Assembly: GCA_002633005.1 (NCBI GenBank)
Contig: NMRA01000174.1
Location: 1 to 64,000, forward strand
Direction of reading: 5' to 3'
Length of the DNA: 64,000 bases
Origin: Phoronis australis
Lineage: Eukaryota; Animalia; Phoronida
Of the stretch, positions 63,101 to 64,000 are shown piece by piece. Below the pieces are notes generated by a model, which saw only the letters and a list, made by a program, of their open reading frames with translations, was not told where the DNA came from and did no database searches. Both the position numbers and the translations under genes were made by a program. The stretch's first letter is position 1; each line of letters begins with the position of its first letter.

Positions 63101-64000
63101 GATGTCAATACGTTGACAGCGAGTTTTAAATTAATTTGACGTTTTCTTGGTAAGAGGTGGTGTGTAGATGGAGATTTTGGTATCACTAGAAAGAGCAGAA
63201 AATGTTTTTATCATTTCATTTATTTTTGGTAAAATTCTATTGCAGGAAACTGAAATATTTGACTGAAAGCGTGACCATCTTTCATTTTTATGAGTGCGGC
63301 CACGGTGGGCTTACCTCGAGTTAAGTACGACACCAAGACTGGCATTTGTGCTGCTTCCATTCTTTGGAAATGATTTTGGTATTTTTTTGTCAAGATTAAG
63401 GACATATCTATACACTTCATTGATTTCATTAGAATTCTATTGTTTTTCCTTAAAAGGATTATTGTATCTTGATGATTGACTGACATCACGATGGCGAATC
63501 AGGATTGAAGCCGGATGCAGGATATGCACGGCACATTTTATGTATTTTGTACTACGGTACTACCACTTTAAACTACTTTACAACCATTTTGTACCACGGT
63601 AATACCATTTTTGAAAATGAAGAATTTTGCAGTATTGGCAAGACCAGATTAGTATATCATGAATTCAACAACCTTTGTTTACATTGATACGTTTCTACAA
63701 GAAAATTAAATTTTTTGAAAGAATGACTCTGTTCATCGCATGGTTCCTGTAAACTTACTTTTATGTTTTACATTTCCTTTTACAAATCCTCTTTTCTTTA
63801 TGTTTGTTGGAAATTACATACTTTTTAAATACAAACATTGATTGAGGTATGTACTTACATTTAAGGTCCCATTCCACCTGTTCATTATGTTGGGCGTTCA
63901 TGTGATTGTCGCAAATGTCCTTTGAAAAATCTAGGACCCTAATTTTTAGTCTGGGCTTCTAAGATTTGAAAGCTAGTGGCCCAGTTGGCGACTAGGCAGA

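Noticed and set aside
60151-64000. DESI2 5' exons (LNVYD and catalytic-His exon)
   Set aside because: Not found by eye; presumably beyond the window end.

Overview
This is intron-rich animal genomic DNA (GT-AG splicing; probably a heterozygous invertebrate such as a lophotrochozoan, by inference), so most of the ORF track is spurious. Most of the window is a complete unconventional myosin V gene on + (36 exons, ATG 1780 to TAA 51210, 5499 nt, about 1832 aa: motor, 6 IQ motifs, coiled coil, globular DIL tail). The last three coding exons of a DESI2/PPPDE1 desumoylase gene lie convergently on - (57587-60150). One USP8 rhodanese-domain exon lies on - at 346-493, and I could not find its upstream exons. 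Two single-N junctions (21410, 56142) are flanked by near-identical duplicates that look like uncollapsed haplotypes. Notable observations: (i) tandem duplications repeatedly anchored on myosin splice junctions (at least 5 junctions), creating decoy donors and acceptors; (ii) a CAC...GTG MITE with a 5-bp TSD (Transib/RAG-like signature); (iii) two candidate in-frame cassette exons and a YCAY cluster in the tail region; (iv) the orphan USP8 exon. I found no evidence for a wholly new multi-gene system.
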